Shown: positions 11,481 to 25,364 of the stretch, piece after piece | Layout: every line of letters starts with the position of its first letter | Numbering within the stretch: position 1 is the first letter of the stretch | NCBI GenBank assembly: GCA_026770705.1 | Contig: JANJGN010000036.1 | Coordinates: 1,302,001 to 1,366,000, forward strand | Length of the DNA stretch: 64,000 bases | Reading direction: 5' to 3' | From: Isurus oxyrinchus | Taxonomy: Eukaryota | Notes under the pieces: generated by a model | Seen by the model: the letters and a program-made list of their open reading frames with translations, nothing else | Told to the model about the DNA's origin: nothing | The model's database searches: none | Made by a program: the position numbers and the translations under genes

Positions 11481-13039
11481 ATCACTGTCCTGGCGTCATT
11501 CTTGTAGAATTGGCCCCAGTTTTAAACCTCACACATCTGGACATTGAAGACTGATTCATGCCATTGCAAATTCACTGAGCAAACCTGCACTAAGGAATTA
11601 AACAACCTGCACTCCCAAATGCAATTCTGGGTTTTCAAAACGTGTTTTAATGGATTGCGAACTTGGACACAGATGTGCTCTTTCCAGCTCAAACAGTACC
11701 GAAAGATGCACAATGAACTTAAAAACTCTATCACAGGAAAGTAGAATCATATCGACATTGAGCACAAAGTTAAAATTTCCGGGAATCAAACTGGAGTGAA
11801 ATGAAGCTTGCTCTGTCAGACTGTCCAGTAGGTGACGAATCAGAGGACTGTATTGGTCATTATGATTAATAAATATTAATTCAGCCGTTAACAGAATTTG
11901 AGAAGGCTGTCTCTTGGAAATGGTCACAACTCCATGCTTTCCTCCATTAAAGACAAAACAGAGAAATCTTTTCACTAATAGTCATAGGTCGGAAGCAGAA
12001 CTTGAGCTCTCAATATCGTTTGCAAACAGACTGTGGGATCCGCATAAAACCTCAGCCGAGAGAAAAGAGTCTGGAAGAGAAATCGCAAATAATTTTCATG
12101 AGCCACATCATCATGAGGAGTCCATTCAGCCCTTCGAGCATGTTCTGCCTTTCATTAAGCTCCTTTCTGAACTGTATATTAACCCCATTTCCTCTCCTTC
12201 GTTCCCTAAAAATTAATCCCCTTTACCCAATAAAACTTATGAATCTCAATTTTGACTTATTCAATTGAACAGCTCTCTATATTTTCATCTAATGTCGCAG
12301 TGTTTTAGGACAATAGAACAGTGTTACTTTACTGTATTCACTATGCAAAATCTCCCAGACTCATACGACAGTATCTATGAATTTTAAAACTTAGTTAAAA
12401 ATTGAGTGAAATGTTTCTGCACATGTTAGGAAACAATTCCATCCATAGTAAACACATTTTTTTTGTGTCGTTGCTCTGGAATGAGGCAGTTCCGCATCAC
12501 TGTTCATGTTGCCTTTTAAAAAGAGAAATTTAAACTTCGTTGAAATGGCCTCAGTTCACATTCAAACAGCAGAAAGTGCCAGAAACCCAGTGATTTATGG
12601 ATGCATTGAGAGCGCCGCTGAGTTACAGCGTCTGCCTCCAAACTCTCCCTGACGACCTTCCTGTAATTCCTTCTCCAGGCCACAAGACCCATCCCAGAAA
12701 GGAGGAGTGGCAGCATGGACGACCCCCGGAGAGTGGGCCCCACAGTGCGTAGGGAGCATAAACTGAAAAATGTCATTGTATTTCAGATGAAATCCTTGCA
12801 ACCTGAGCCTTTTACTCTTGCAGGAGATTCAAGGAGATCCAGGAACACTTTTAAGGACAGCTCGGGATGGGCACTGAGTGTCAGTCTTGGCACTCTCACC
12901 AACATTACAGAGCACATTAAAATGAAAACTGAAAATGATTAGATAAGCAAAGCCGATTTACAAATTCGAAGGCTTTATATACAGAGACAGTCACATGAAC
13001 GGCATGTGAGGGAATGATAGAGAGACAGATAAGAGGTTG

Positions 13040-13124
<85 letters not shown>
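13040..13124 (+). repeat. (GATA)n microsatellite; paralogous array at ~53312-53400
   Basis: About 21 perfect GATA units, seen directly. Confidence 0.95.
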
Positions 13125-13125
<1 letters not shown>

Positions 13126-13539
13126 AGACCAGGTACGAGTGAGAGACGCAATGTTACATTTATAAAACAAAAACACATGAAGGCCCTGTGGAACTCCATG
13201 TATGTTCTGTCTACTGCATTTGCTTTAATTATCCATTTGGACACTTCTTGAAAGAGCAATCTCTCTTAATTTTGTTAAGCATGACTATGTGTTCACAAAT
13301 CCGTGCCTGGTGTTCCTAAATAACTCATCCATTTAGAAATTCTCACCAATTTTATTGATGCTAAGCGTTTTTCTGCCACGCATGAAAGGATAACTAGCTT
13401 CTAGTCATCCAACATATTCCTTGCCTTTGTCTTGGATGGAATGTTATATAGAGACTGTTTAGCTAGGAAGGATAAGGATTGGCGTTTGGGTTAGACATAG
13501 TGATAGAGTTTTGGCTACACACTCACGAGGAAATAAGAG

Positions 13540-14225
13540 GTCGAATCGGATAGAGGAGCAGAGGATTCTGAAGTATAGACGCAAAAATCATTGAGGCTAA
13601 TGAGATGATAACAAATCAGGCCCAGCAATGAAGCTAAGAAAGGCGGCATTAAACCTGTATCAAAACATAGCTTGAGACACTTACAGCTCTGTGAATAACT
13701 CTCTTCTCCATATCATTAAAAGAATTCACAGGCACGGGGGAAAATGCGTGAAAGAAAAGGTTTAATGGAATCATACCAAAACTGAGAGGTTATAACAGTC
13801 AGGAAAGTTTGAACAGTCCTTCATCTTTTTCGAAAAAAGAGGTGGGGTGACCGGATGTAGGAATTTAAGACTATGAAAGGGTTTCTCGGGCAGATGTAGA
13901 GGAAGTATTAGAACTTTTTGGGGGAGAGCTGAACTAGAAGATATCAATTTCAGATAAACGCTAATGAACCCAGTCGGGAACTCCAGAGAAACCTCTTTAA
14001 TCAGAGAGCGGAGAGAAGGTGAATCTTGTTCGAATAGGGTGTGGTTGACATGAATTATAGGGATGGATTGATGGGTGATGCTGTACAAAGACATGCGGGT
14101 GAAGGGAATAGAAGTGTATCTTAATGGGGTGGCATGAAAAATGGTGGCAGGAGGTTCATGTGGAGCAAAAACACCAGCAGTGAGCCAAAGGGCAGAATGT
14201 GCTGTGTTGCTGTTGGAAGCTCTGC
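13540..14225 (+). mobile_element. Old CR1 LINE fragment in the B-I C1-TM intron; paralogous copy at ~54130-54830
   Basis: ccaaaactgagaggttataac..caggaaag motif and homologous flanks in both duplicated segments. Confidence 0.6.
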
Positions 14226-15829
14226 TCTATAGGATACAGATAATGTCATAGAGGAATCGAGAAAATGTTAAACATAAAATTGGGATTTTGTTTAATCATT
14301 GGTGGGTCAAAATGTTTATCCCTCACCATAATCTTTTATCCCAGCTAGGCAGATGGATTTAAAAATGCAGAAAGCTAAACACTGAAATGATGAGAGATAT
14401 CTAAGTGGTCAGAAAATGATTCATGGGCACATAAAGGGGGGAGTTCAAATGTCTAAACAGATACTGCTAACAAATAGGTCGCACATTAAATGCACGAGGT
14501 AACTGTTAGCCGCTACCTCTCTGAGATGAGGCACTTTCACTTGGAAGATTTTCACTGCAATTGATTTGAACGGCGCAAGGACAGAGAGCGCTGCTGCTTC
14601 AATTATCCGCCCAGAGAATTATGTAACTCCTGACTGGGTAGGTCCCGTCCGGCTCGATTGTCCAGGAATCGCTCTGTCCCTGGGGATCCCTCTTGGAATC
14701 ATTCCAGTGGACGGCAAAGGAACCGGGACCCGCACACGTCACTAAAAACACCGAAAGGTCGAAGGAATCTCCGATGGAGGCGGAGTTCAAAGGTCGATTG
14801 TTGCAGAAAGTGGTGGGATCGGGCCTTGAGATTCAATCGCTATTGGTCATAACTTCCTAGATATTGATAATGGAATGTGTAAAATAATCGTACTTTGTAC
14901 CTGTGATAAACAATTTTGAACCATTTCCTAACGTAAAATACATCCCACTGAGCTTCTTAGCTGCACAGTCATACATTCCATAATCACTGGCATGGGCCAC
15001 TGCAATATTTAATGAATTCTCGTAAACTTCTACCGAATAGCTCTTGGATGGAGAGTTGTATTCTGTCACGGTGTAAAATAGTTACAGATGCACTGGTTCA
15101 GTTTTTCCAGTCGGCCGCCCCCTCCACACCACCGCTTATTGAGCCGCATCACAATACACCTTGTCTTACTTCCAAGCGAGGGACTCTGAACCTACGGAGT
15201 CTGGGACAAAAATGCCTGAGATACAATAACTGTGAGGGAAACAATCACCATTATGGCTTCTGTTATGGCAGAGAGCGAGGAAATGTTTGCTTGCGGAATC
15301 GGCTACAGTAGTAAAATATATAATAGACCATTAATTAACTGGTTAATGCATGTTAATGTAGTAAAACATGAGTGTTAAATTTCAAATAATAACACGAACA
15401 AGAGGGAAAATGAGGCGCATCAGAGACAATGAAGGACTTATTCAAGTGTAGCCTCTGTTGGAAACACGGCAGCCGTCATGACACAAAGCAAGGCCCACGA
15501 ATCAGAAAGTGACTGAGAAACAGGGCGCGTGTATAATTGTATGGTTTGGGGAATAAATATTCTCCTCAGGTACCCGAGGGCACTCCGCCGCCCACCTACC
15601 CACTCCCCAACCGCCCCCCCCCCCCCACCCCGGCCCCTACCGCTTCTTTCATCTGCTAATGGTGGTATTGGGAAACTGTGCATCCGAAAGAGCAAATAAA
15701 GGATCTCGTTTGAACATCAGATCAGATAGTTTGCACAAGTTTGATATGTGATCAATTTAGATCAGGTGGGCATAACCCAGTCCTTCAACATGAAGCTAAT
15801 TTTATACAATGTAGACATGGGGATAATTT

Positions 15830-16440
15830 TCGACTTGGCTGACTACTTCAGTGATCTTAAACCATCCTGAATGAAGAGTGAAGAAGGCACAAACCTGCAA
15901 ACAGATGCAGCAACGCATAGGGCATTAAGAAGCTCTCGGTCTGCCATCCAGCGCCGGTGCCTGTCAGATTTTCACTGTTTCTTCTCTCAGGTGTCTCTGT
16001 TCTCGGCCCCGGGCTTGGAAGGCGTGTTGAAAATGTGTATGCTGCGGAAATTACGTGGAACGTTTAAAAATAGCTCACTGGAAAATTCAGAGCAGTGTAA
16101 ATTGGAGCTGCGGGTTTCCTGTTTACAGGTTATGAGACCACACGCGCCTCAGCCTGCAAAGGGCAACACGCTACAGATCATGGTAAACACGCGTCACAGG
16201 CGGGGTACAGTCTAGAATGGTTCAAACTGGAGACAAAAGGCAATGGTGCTGAATTCAACAACACGGCTGCTTGTGCCATTTGCCTGTGCAGAGGGGAAAT
16301 ACCCCTCATTCCGAGTGTGCTGTTTAATTCACACAAAACACATAAATATATTCTGATTTCAACTGAAACACACCAGATTGAAAAGAAATAGAATATGATG
16401 GTAGTATTTTATTATCTGTTTCACCCAGAACCTGTCTTCC
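15830..16440. promoter_or_regulatory. Conserved non-coding block X, upstream of B-I genes; copies at ~22200-22880 and ~55600-55960
   Basis: Three copies share GGGTTTCC(T/C)GTTTACAG..GAGACCACAC and ATGGTGCTGAATTCAA. The regulatory role is inferred. Confidence 0.45.
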
Positions 16441-17949
16441 CAGCTGCCTCCTTGTGTCAAAATTAATTCTGTGGATCAGCGGAACATCGGCCGTCTCCTC
16501 TCTCCCTGTGCTTCTGGACCTTTCTTCCATCCTCCCTTCATCCCACACCATCATCTAATACTCTATCCTTTACAACTCGTGTGTTCATGCTGAGTCCCCC
16601 TTAAATGCAACTCTGCGATTCACCTCGACCACTACCTTTGGGAGAGAGTTCTCCACTCCGTTTGAGTTCAGAGGTTTCCCCTGCATTTCTGATGTATTTA
16701 TTAGTGAGGATCTTATATTAATGGTCCCTAGTTCTGGTCTCTCTGTCACAAGTGGGAATATCTTCTTATTGCCTACTCTCACGATTATGTGCATAATTTT
16801 GCAGACCTCTATGAGGTCATGCCCTCAGCCTCCGCTTTTCTAGCAGCAAGTGCCCCAGCCTGCTCATTCTTTCCTGACAGCAATAACCTCGATAACTGGA
16901 CCAACAATTTCGTGACCTGACAGAAACCATCCAACCTGGCGTCCATTAAACCGCATTTTGTGATGCCCTGATCTACTGAAGAATATCTGATCTATTGAAA
17001 AATAAATTACACCAGTGAACAGTGCCAGAGTATTATAATCGGCTAAAGTCCACAAATCCATCATTAAAGCATTTGAATCAGTCATTATAAATTTCGAACC
17101 TGTTTAATTATGTCTCCAAAGGACAAATTAACTACTCCTCTCAACTGGCCTTCGAGCAGATTAATGATTCATTTTTAGGATACTCAAACTTGGATGTGAA
17201 TTGGGTCATTAAGATCATTAACCACCTTCACCGGTGACTGCAGAGTGAGTGTATGGTGGTCCTTGTCCCTGACTGGCAGGTGCCCTTTTTCACACGTGAG
17301 GAGCTGAGGTTAAGGTGCACCTTGAGCTGACCTTCCTTGCAGTGACTCCCAGGGAAGTTTTGCATGGTAAAATGAGAATATCGACATATCCAATCAGTTT
17401 CATACAGGTTCCTGCCTATAATTAAACTAAAATACCTTATTGGGGCTTTGCCAAGTTTCTCTCTCACTCCCTGTGTTTCGGGCCTTTCCAGTTATTTTGG
17501 GAAACCTTCTCTCCGCAGTCCCTTCTCCCAGCAGACTGCTTATCTGGCGTTTTGGCTTCAATTTCAGTTTGGGACTTGCTATCTCTGATCTCCATCCTCT
17601 CCCTGGCAGCTGGTTTCAGGTTAACTCAAACTATTCCTTTGTCTCTCTCTCTCTCCCTCTCTTTGCGTGTGTATCTGTGTAGAATGGGTCTTTACAGCAG
17701 AATAAGCCAGTATTACTTTGCAAATCTTTCTATCTGACATGAACAGGAATCATAGGACACTCTGCAGACCAGAATTTAATTACCAAAAAAAATATTCAAT
17801 AATCAGCGCACCAACTGTTTCCAGACAAGTATTTTAATATTGATGAAAGGAAAGATGTCATGGAAATATAATACACCATCTCATGAACCATCACCTCAAA
17901 GTTACTCACTGAAGTGCACGTTCAATGAGCTGGCACAGGCATGAGTGGC

Positions 17950-19480
17950 CGAATGGCATCTTGCTGTGCTTTAAGTGTCTTCGAACCAATGATTTGAGTC
18001 GGTACTTTTTTTTCAACAGCATTATGAAAAGTGTGGATGGATTGGAAGTAATCTTCTCTCAAGAGTAAAAGTAACATTTTTCCCTCCCAGGACACAACCA
18101 TTGAAGGCTCGGTGTTCACTCGCACTGCAACTTTCATATCAATGCAGCCTACATCCGCATCCAGCACTGGTTGGTCCTTTACCATATTTGCATCCTGCTA
18201 ACATTCGCTCTATAAATGACTTTGTGTATTGGCCTCAGCGATACCCTGGGTGTAACTGGTCCGAACAATCAGAAGAACTCCAATCACAGAACTTTCATGG
18301 GTTTTCAAGTCTATTTTAATATGAGGATAACTCGAGCAGTGATGCATGGTTCAGGTTATTTGATTACTATCTTGCTATCATACTGAATTAAGATGCATAA
18401 TGAAATAATAAACTGTACTACCAGATAAGAGAAACCTGGAGCTGCAGGAGTGGAACTGCAGACGATATTTAATCTTAAGATTAGCGTGCTTTAAGAGATA
18501 ATTCAATTTCTGATTTGGGCGGATTTGCAAAATTGCGCCACGAATGCGCCTGAGTTTGCAATGGTTGGACTTTTGCGCCCAACAGAGGAAACTTTCTACA
18601 ACCCCTCACATTCAGGAAGCGGACAGTGAGCTCTCTCCCTCTCTCCTCTCCAATCAGAGTGTGGGATGGTCCTTAAAAGCCAAACAGGCATAAATTGTCT
18701 GTGGAGGAAAGTATAAACAGGATCAATTAATGTAACAAACACCATCATCATAGGGATAGGAGGAAACCATTCAGCCTCTCCGATCTATTCACTTACATTA
18801 TGGCAGAGCTGCATCATAACTCCAATCTACCAGCCTTGATTCCATAATCCTTAACCTCATTTCCCCCAAAAAATCTAGAAATCTCAGCTTTGATATTTGC
18901 AATTGGTCCAGCAGCTTCAACAGCTTTTGAGGGGAGAGACTTCCAGATTTCCACTTGCCTTTGTGTGACGAAGTGCTTCCTGATATCAGCTCTGAACGAG
19001 CTGCTCTAATTTTAACGTTGTGCCACTTGTTCTCGACTCATCCCTCCCCAACCCAACACAGGAAATAGCTTTTCGCCATTGAGCCTATCGTATCCTTTAA
19101 CCATTTACATCCCTTTGACAGATCACCCCTTAATCTTCTGCACTGGAGGGACTGTAATTTACTTTCTGATATCCTGTAGAGCCCACTACGCAAATTTTCC
19201 AGGCTCAAATAAAAATAATTATGAAATTTGAACCTTGGGTTGAAATTCAGTGAAATATATCCACGGGCAGCGGCAACAACAATTCCATTATTTTACCTCT
19301 TTATTCTCTCGTTGTTCTCTGGAGACAGTCAGTTTCTCATCGTAGTTTATTTTTCCTGTCAGATAGTAAAATTTGAACTGAGCATAAGTGGTCACATTTC
19401 ACACAGAACTGGATGAAATTGTCAATAACCCATTGATAAATGGATGGATTGAGTGTGCCTTGAAGTTACAGCGCCAATGG
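17950..19480 (-). pseudogene. B2: 3'-only remnant of a B-II gene (candidate cytoplasmic micro-exons 19297-19318 and 18422-18435; terminal block below ~18260)
   Basis: Colinear homology with 26740-28200 and 59780-61290. Homology stops just before the TM exon; no V, C1 or TM is present. Confidence 0.7.
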
Positions 19481-20372
19481 AGTAGAAATGAAATCGAAAG
19501 AGAATCTCTCAATTGATTCCCGAGAAGAGCTGTGCATGAAAGTTTTGATCCATGCGAATTCCACTCCTGTCTGTGTACAACTTGTGTTCTGGAGAATAAG
19601 ATTAAATCAATCCACAGACGTCTCATTCAAGATGTTCCAATCTTTGTGTTTACCAGGTTGTAAGAAGAAACATTTCAACCTCTTTGCACGATAAATTATA
19701 TTGACTTCTGAGACATAACTTTCTTAATTCCTGGTGTTCAACTTCTAAAGCTGCGACCTCTACAACCTAGAAGTAGAAGGGAAGCAAATCTATGAAGCAC
19801 CGCCAACTGCAATCTCCCCTTCAAGGCACATGTCAGCCTGACTTGGAAGGAACTGCAGTTCCTTAACTGCCACTAGGTCAAAATCTGGAGCTCCCTCAGT
19901 AACAGCACTCTGGGTGTACCTACATCACATAGACTATAGCTCTTTAAGAAGAGTTCAACACCACCTTCTCAAGCGGCAATTCTGGATTGTTCACAGATGC
20001 TGGCCTTCCCAGTCAGGCTTAAATCTCGAGAATGAATGAAACTTTAACAGCATTAAAGAGCATCTACCCGTACGAGTAGTAGTATCGTCCAACCCCTCAG
20101 AACAACAATCCAGTGAAGTACTTTGTAAACATTCTGCCATTAGGTCACTGTGACGAAGAGCCGGTGACCCACAGTTTGTCAAATGCATGTGGCATTCACA
20201 AGGACACGCACCTGAAATTGTGCCAAACTGTCAATAGCATAGTTCATCATAGCTTCCACAATATCAGAAAGGAGAGTAACTCATTGGATCTGAGCTCAGG
20301 CCAGCCAGAGATCAATGCACCTTCAGTAACAAACCAGTGAAAGCGAAAGCAAGGAGAACTTACCGCATCAGT

Positions 20373-21250
20373 ATGTCCAAGGAATCCTTATCTCTGATTT
20401 TCATTTTCAAATGCTGCGGGTTTATGATGAATAACAGGTGGGTGAGGACTTTAAACTGGAATCAGCCAGAAACAGTACATATCACGCTGAAAATGCAACC
20501 AAGCGATTAGGTTAACGGGCTTCACCTGATCATCTTAGTTTGTTTACTGGTTCCTCCTATAAAGTGAAGAAAACGCAAATTTGAGAATTAGTTTAAACAA
20601 AAATAATTAAAGGCAATGACGTAACTTTTCTTAAATTATAGGCCACGTGTTTCAAAGCGGCTGCTTCCTGACTCTCAACAATAAATCGCAATGTAACAAT
20701 GACATTTATGGTTATAGTTGCAGAATCCGATCCCTCTCTGTCTCAGAGTCCTTTTATGTTGGTATTTGAAGTCCGCCAGACTTCACGTGCAATTGACCGG
20801 TCACTACATTTATGAAGAAGGATTTGTGTCGCGTAATTTCTGGTCAAAATGCCTGTAGTTGAAGACCCGACACTAAATGACATCCCTCCCAGTTTTTGGG
20901 CCAATTACAAGATTATTTCCAAAAAAGGAACAGCAAACATGAATCGATACTGGAATTTTGCAATGTCCAGGTGAATGACTCAGGTTCCTACCACTGTGCT
21001 GGTAAGGCTGGCTATGCACCACTCCAGAATGGACCCGCGCTATTGGTTGAGTTTAATAGAGCAATGGAAATGAATGCAGATCATGCACAGTATTTTCATT
21101 TGGTGCATATTCATCGTTAACTCTCTCCCAATCTCTCTGCGGACAGTTCCACTAACAAGACGGCTGTGCTGGCTTTTGCCCCGCTGGGTGAGCTGCATTT
21201 GAGTGAACCCAACACTTAGTAGAGCTTATCCAATCAAATTGCTGTTTTGT
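20373..21250 (+). pseudogene. A2: pseudogene paralog of A1 (leader, V, start of C1)
   Basis: ATGTCCAAGGAATCC leader with a frameshift and lost donor. V remnant HESILEFCNVQVNDSGSYHCAGKAGYAPLQNGPALLVE. C1 start gacagttccactaacaagacggctgtgctg with acceptor AG>GG. Runs into the gap. Confidence 0.9.
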
Positions 21251-23419
21251 GTTCAATGGAGCATTTTATTCAATGTATCAGCTGGAGCGATTCACAAGTT
21301 CCGAAGANNNNNNNNNNNNNNNNNNNNNNNNNNNNNNNNNNNNNNNNNNNNNNNNNNNNNNNNNNNNNNNNNNNNNNNNNNNNNNNNNNNNNNNNNNNNN
21401 NNNNNNNNNNNNNNNNNNNNNNNNNNNNNNNNNNNNNNNNNNNNNNNNNNNNNNNNNNNNNNNNNNNNNNNNNNNNNNNNNNNNNGAGACAATCCAGCTA
21501 AGGGGAATCTACTAAAGATGAAGCAGCCTGTGTGTTTGACTCTTTCAGTGAATGATAAAGCGCCATGCATTTCAAATTTGGAGCCATTCCCCTGCCAGCT
21601 TCTTTCAAATCTTTACCCTTACTTTGCACCTCCTAATCTCCCAGTGTTGCATGTAGACCTTCCTATTCCTTTCCAAAAAGGCCATCATTGCACACTGCCA
21701 ACAGTATGCTGAGGGTGATGTAAGGAAGATTACATTTCAATGCAAAATCATAATACTGTGGATGCTGGAAATCTGAAAGAAAAATAGGAAATGTTGGAAA
21801 AACTGAGCATCCTGACAGCAACTGTGGAGAGAGGAACAAATGTTTAGTCTGTATGACCCTTCTACAGAGCCACAGAGAAGTACAAATTAAGAGGGATTGT
21901 CTCTGCCTTTCAATTCAATAGCTTTGGAAATTAACATCTGCACTGTGCTTCTTTCGCATTGGAATGGTCTTGGTGACCTGACTGCTGTAAAAAATGGCTT
22001 GTTAACCTGAACCTATAGAATCCAGTGCTCTTATTGTATACTTTACCAACTGTCTCTTACCTTATATCTTAAAGGCCTTTAATGAATGTATTGAACCATT
22101 GCTGAATGGTTTAGTCTGTATTATTGCAGTTTATTAAGTCATTAAAAGTCTTTCCAATTTTTTTAAGCTTGATTATCTAGGATGTAAATTCGCAAGATTC
22201 AACATTTCAGATCAGGGGATAATTTTCCCAAATGCTGACTATCTCAATGGCTTAAACCATTCTGAATGAGCGGTGAAGAAGGCACAAATCTGCAAACAGA
22301 TGCATCAACGCACAGGGCATTAAGAAGCTCTCTGTCTCTGATCCAGGGCCAGTGCCTTTGAGATTTGCACCATCTCCTCGCTCGGGTGTCTCTGTTCTCC
22401 GTCTCGGGCTCAGAAGACGTCGTGAAAATGCACATTCTGCTTTAATTACGTGAAAAATTTAAAAATAGCTCACTGGAAAAATCAGCGTCGTGTAAATTGT
22501 AGCTGAGGGTTTCCCGTTTACAGACTAGGAGACCACACACGGCTCTGCCTGCAAAGGGCAACACGCTACAGATCATGGTAAACATGCATCACAGGCGGTG
22601 CGCAGTCCAGGCTGGTTCAACCTAGAGACAAAAGGCAATGGTGCTGAATTCAACAACACGGCTGCTTGTGCTACTTGCGTGGGCAGAGCAGAAATGCCCC
22701 TCATTCCGAGTGTTCTGCTTAATTCACCGATACAACATTAATTTATTCTGGTTTCAACAAAAAAACACCAGATTGACAAATGAAACAAGGATATGAGGCT
22801 AATATTTTAATAACTGTTTCACTTAGAACCTGTATTCCTGCCTGCCTGTTTGTCTCAGAATTAGTTCAGTGTTTCAGCAGTGCATCGGCCATCAGCTCTG
22901 TGTGGGTGTTTCTGCTCCACAGGAACTTCCTCCCACCCCCTGTTATTCCACAGCATTAACAAATCCTCTATCCCTTACAACTCGTGTATTTATCTTGATT
23001 CCCCCTTTAAGTGCACCTGTGCGATTAATCTCGTCCAATCCCTCTGGGAGCGAATTCCACATGCTTTGCACAATATGAGTAAAGAGGTTTATCTTGAACT
23101 CCTGAATGGATTTATTGCTGACTATGTTATATTGATGGTCCCTAGTTTTGGTCGCTCTGCCTCAAGTGGAAATTTATTTTTTAGGTTTACCGTATTGAAT
23201 ATGTTCATAACGTTAATAGACCTCTATCAGGTCACCCCTTCAACCATCACTTTTCTATATGGAAGAAACGCAGCCTGTGCAATCTTTCTGGGGAATTATA
23301 ACCTCCAAACTGTGGCCAACAATTTTTTGACCAATCGCAAACTATTTAATCCAGTGCCCATTAACCCACAGTTTGTGCTTTCCTGAATCATCCAGGCATC
23401 CAACCTGGTTGGAATCATA

Positions 23420-24215
23420 GGGTCATAGAACCATAGGGACTGACAGCACGGAAAAAAGCCCCTCGGCCCATAGAGTCTCCACTGGTCAAACAAGTGCCAA
23501 ACTATTTTAATCCAATTTTCCATCACTCGGCACTTTGCCTTGTCTGCCATGGCATCGCAAGTGTACATTCAAATACTTCATAAATGTTATGAGGATTTCT
23601 GCCTCTACCACCCTTTCAGGCAGTGTGTTCCAGGCTCACAACACCCTCTGTGTGAAAAAATCCTTCCTCAAATTCCCTGGAAGCTTCCTGGCCCTTACCT
23701 TAAACCTATGGCCTTTGGTTATTTATCCCTCCACCAAGGCAAAAAGTTTTTTCCTTTCTACCCTGTCTATACCCCACATAATTTTATGCACCTCAATCAT
23801 TTCCGCACTCAATTTCCTCTGATCCAAGGAAAATAACTTCTGCCTATCCAATCTCTCCTCATCATTAAAACTCTCCAGCCTGTTAAATCTCCTCTGCACT
23901 CTCTCTTGTGCAATCACATCCTTCCTATAATGCGGATTCCAGAACTGCATGCAATTCTTTAACTGTAGCTTAACCAACGTTTTATACAGCTCCAGCATAA
24001 CCTCCCGGGCCTTACATTCTATGCCTTGGCTAATATTGGCAAATATCTCATATGCATTCTTAACCAACTTATCTACCTGCACCAGTAACTGAAGGACCGT
24101 TGGGCACGCACACCAAGGTCCCTTTGATCCTTGGTATTTCCCATCATGTCTTCTCGGGCCTTGTTTGTCCTGCCTTAGAACATCACCTCACACTTATCTG
24201 GATTAAGTTCCATTT
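23420..24215 (-). mobile_element. CR1 LINE, 5'-truncated
   Basis: ORF 23723-24082(-) REVMLELYKTLVKLQLKNCMQFWNPHYRKDVIAQERVQRRF. Confidence 0.9.
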
Positions 24216-25364
24216 GCGAGCGCCTCCCTCCCTGGACCCATATTGCTAGGCAGCAGCACTGTTTGTTCTACTCTTGTGATTGCTTTACCTTCTCTTCAAG
24301 AGTCATAAAACCCATTGTAAATGCAAATATAAAAACAGAGCCTTAGACCTGCTACCTACATTCAAAAACGAAACCCTTTTCACATTTTAATCGACAAATA
24401 CAAAAAAATACATGTAAATTAAACTTATACTTAAAAATGTAACTTATACATCAAAAAAGCACAAACAACACATTGAACATACTCAAACTATCTCAATTTT
24501 CTAACTTGAGCCATGACCACATCGGATTCCAGATACAACCAGAGGGACTGAATTGCTCCAGTGTGCCGCTGGGATTAATAGATCAAGATATCATGAGGGC
24601 TGATCCCTGGAGGTCGCTGACACACAGAGTGATCAGCACCAGGAATGGTTATCTGGGTAGGTAGAATATGAAATCGCTTGCAAACACCCCTGGTATTTAT
24701 AAGCAAAAGTTATTTTCCTGCAAGTTGAGGATTAAAAAAAAGCCTTGCCGGATGAATAAACTGTGATTAGCAGATTGACCATTTCGATCTGCATCTTGTA
24801 ATAAGTTTATCAAAATACCCTCGAAGTAACTGTGTAGAATGAATGCTTACAGCAAAATAAGCCAGTGTTAATTTGGGAATATTACTATCTGCTACGAACT
24901 GTATTCACAAGGCACTCTGCAGTTCAGAGTTTATTCATCAGCAAAAGTATCCAGTAATCAGCGCAACAATGTTTCCCAGAGCAGCTTTTTAAAATTGATG
25001 AAATGAAAGATGTCATAGAAATAGATTACTTCACCTCAGTGAAACATCTAATTTACTCACACGTTGAACCGAAAATCTAATGTGAGGAGCAAATTGTGCC
25101 CATGTTTGCTGATTATTAACATCGCCAGCAAGACGCTTTCAGTCAAAGTCCATGGGATGTTCTGCACTCAGGATAGAGACTAACATTTAATGGGCGGTGT
25201 GTGACAAGGGAATAATCTTTTGGGTCATCAGTTGGCAGCTAGGGTGTGGGACTAAAGTGCACAATCAAAAAGCTGGCACCTGCGTGACAGGACGAATGGC
25301 CTCCTCCTATGCTTTAAGTGTCATCGAACCAGTGCTTTAGGTCGGTAAAATGCAATAAATTGTA

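Larger units (their letters stand above)
10950..15520 (-). pseudogene. B1 (B-I subtype) VJ-C1-TM IgSF pseudogene: leader ~15438-15520, V 14901-15229, C1 14517-14824, TM ~12648-12762, decayed 3' exons ~10950-12490
   Basis: V: SQAFLSQTP* ...SDYGMYDCAAKKLSGMYFTLGNGSKLFIT. C1: SFAVHW..DGTYPVRSY..N*SSSALCPCAVQ. TM: LPLLLSGMGLVAWRR. Carries in-frame stops and frameshifts. Confidence 0.85.
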
